Assembly (NCBI RefSeq): GCF_963921235.1
Contig: NC_086097.1
Location: 143,904,001-143,968,000 of the forward strand
Length of the DNA: 64,000 bases
Direction: 5' to 3'
From: Mobula hypostoma
Taxonomy: Eukaryota
The translations under genes were made by a program, and so were the position numbers. Below are positions 63,135 to 64,000 of this stretch, piece by piece. Position 1 is the stretch's first letter, and each line of letters opens with the position of its first letter. Under the pieces are notes generated by a model, which was not told where the DNA came from, did not search any database, and saw nothing but the letters and a program-made list of their open reading frames with translations.

Positions 63135-64000
63135 TTCAAAGTCCAAAATAAATTTATTCTCAAATTGCATATCTTTCACCATATATAACCCTGAGATTCA
63201 TTTCTTGTGGGCATACTCAGTAAATCTAAGAACCATAATAGAATCGATGAAAGACCGCACCCAGCAGGACAGACAAACAACCAATGTGCAAAAAGCAACA
63301 AACTGCACAAATACAAAAGAAAAATGACAGAAATAAATATAATAAATAAATAAATGATTAATAAATATCAAGAACATGAGACGACAAGTCCTTGAAAGTG
63401 GGTCCATAAGTTGTGGAAACAGTTCTGTGACGGGGCAAGTGAAGTGGAGTGAAGTTATCCCGAGTGGTTCAAGGGTCTGATGGTTGAGGGGTAATAACTG
63501 TTCATGAACCTGGTTGTGTGGGTCCTGAGGCTCCTGTACCTTCTTCCTGATGGCAGCAGCAAGAAGAGAGCATGACCTGGGTGATGGGGGACCTTGATGT
63601 TGCTTTCCTGCGACAGCACTCCATGTGGATGAGCTCAATGGTGGGAAAGGCTTAACCTGTGATGTTCTGGGCTGTATTCACTACTGCTTGTAGGATTTTC
63701 CATTCGATGGCATTGGTGTTTCCATACCAGGTTATGATGCAACCAGTCAGTATACTGTCTTCCATGCATCTATAGAGGTCTGTCAAAGTTTTAGATGCCA
63801 TGCCGAATCTTTGCAAATTTCTATGGAAATAGAGGTGCTTCCATAATTTCTTTGTAATTGCACTTACATACTGGGCCTAGGACAGCTCCTCTGAAATGAT
63901 AACACTGAGCAATTTAAAGTTGCTGATGTTCTCTATCTTTGACGCTGGATGAGAACTCTGGGCGCCCAGTTTCCTTCTCCTGAAGTCAATGACCTGCTTC
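63135..64000 (-). mobile_element. Rex/Babar-like 3' fragment running off the window end
   Basis: IDFRRR, FKLL, LYFHRNLQRFGM, LPSGRR remnants; (actttga)-like tail. Confidence 0.8.

Noticed and set aside
1..64000. CRISPR array or prokaryotic operon/defence system
   Set aside because: No regularly spaced repeat-spacer array or operon-like gene density; content is vertebrate transposon DNA

Overview
Eukaryotic, repeat-dominated vertebrate genomic DNA. The repeat set (esterase-ORF1 CR1 LINEs, HE1-like SINE remnants, Penelope pLTRs, Rex/Babar fragments, a ~65-bp satellite) suggests a cartilaginous fish, probably a ray; this is inference. No host protein-coding gene, rRNA, tRNA or CRISPR array could be recognised. 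The window holds one apparently intact CR1-clade LINE (minus strand, ~1-4273; zinc-finger/coiled-coil/SGNH-esterase ORF1, APE-RT ORF2) plus many decayed CR1, Rex/Babar, RTE, Hero-like (RLE), Penelope, Gypsy, Tc1/mariner, pogo/Tigger and hAT elements, often nested. Main observation: CR1 ORF2 has no AUG until ~200 codons into its frame, inside the endonuclease domain. It overlaps ORF1 in the -1 frame at a canonical U_UUA_AAC slippery heptamer abutting the ORF1 stop, and four divergent CR1 copies in the window retain a related junction and a -1-frame LxWxGxxN-like peptide. This points to -1 ribosomal frameshifting producing an ORF1-ORF2 fusion (untested). Other highlights: minimal hammerhead ribozymes in Penelope pLTRs, an inverted-pLTR Penelope insertion with a target-site duplication, a hAT-ended fold-back element built from Tc1 sequence, a composite element bounded by two mini-MITEs, and a highly structured Hero 3' UTR. 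Family names come from motif recognition, not database searches, and boundaries of old fragments are approximate.
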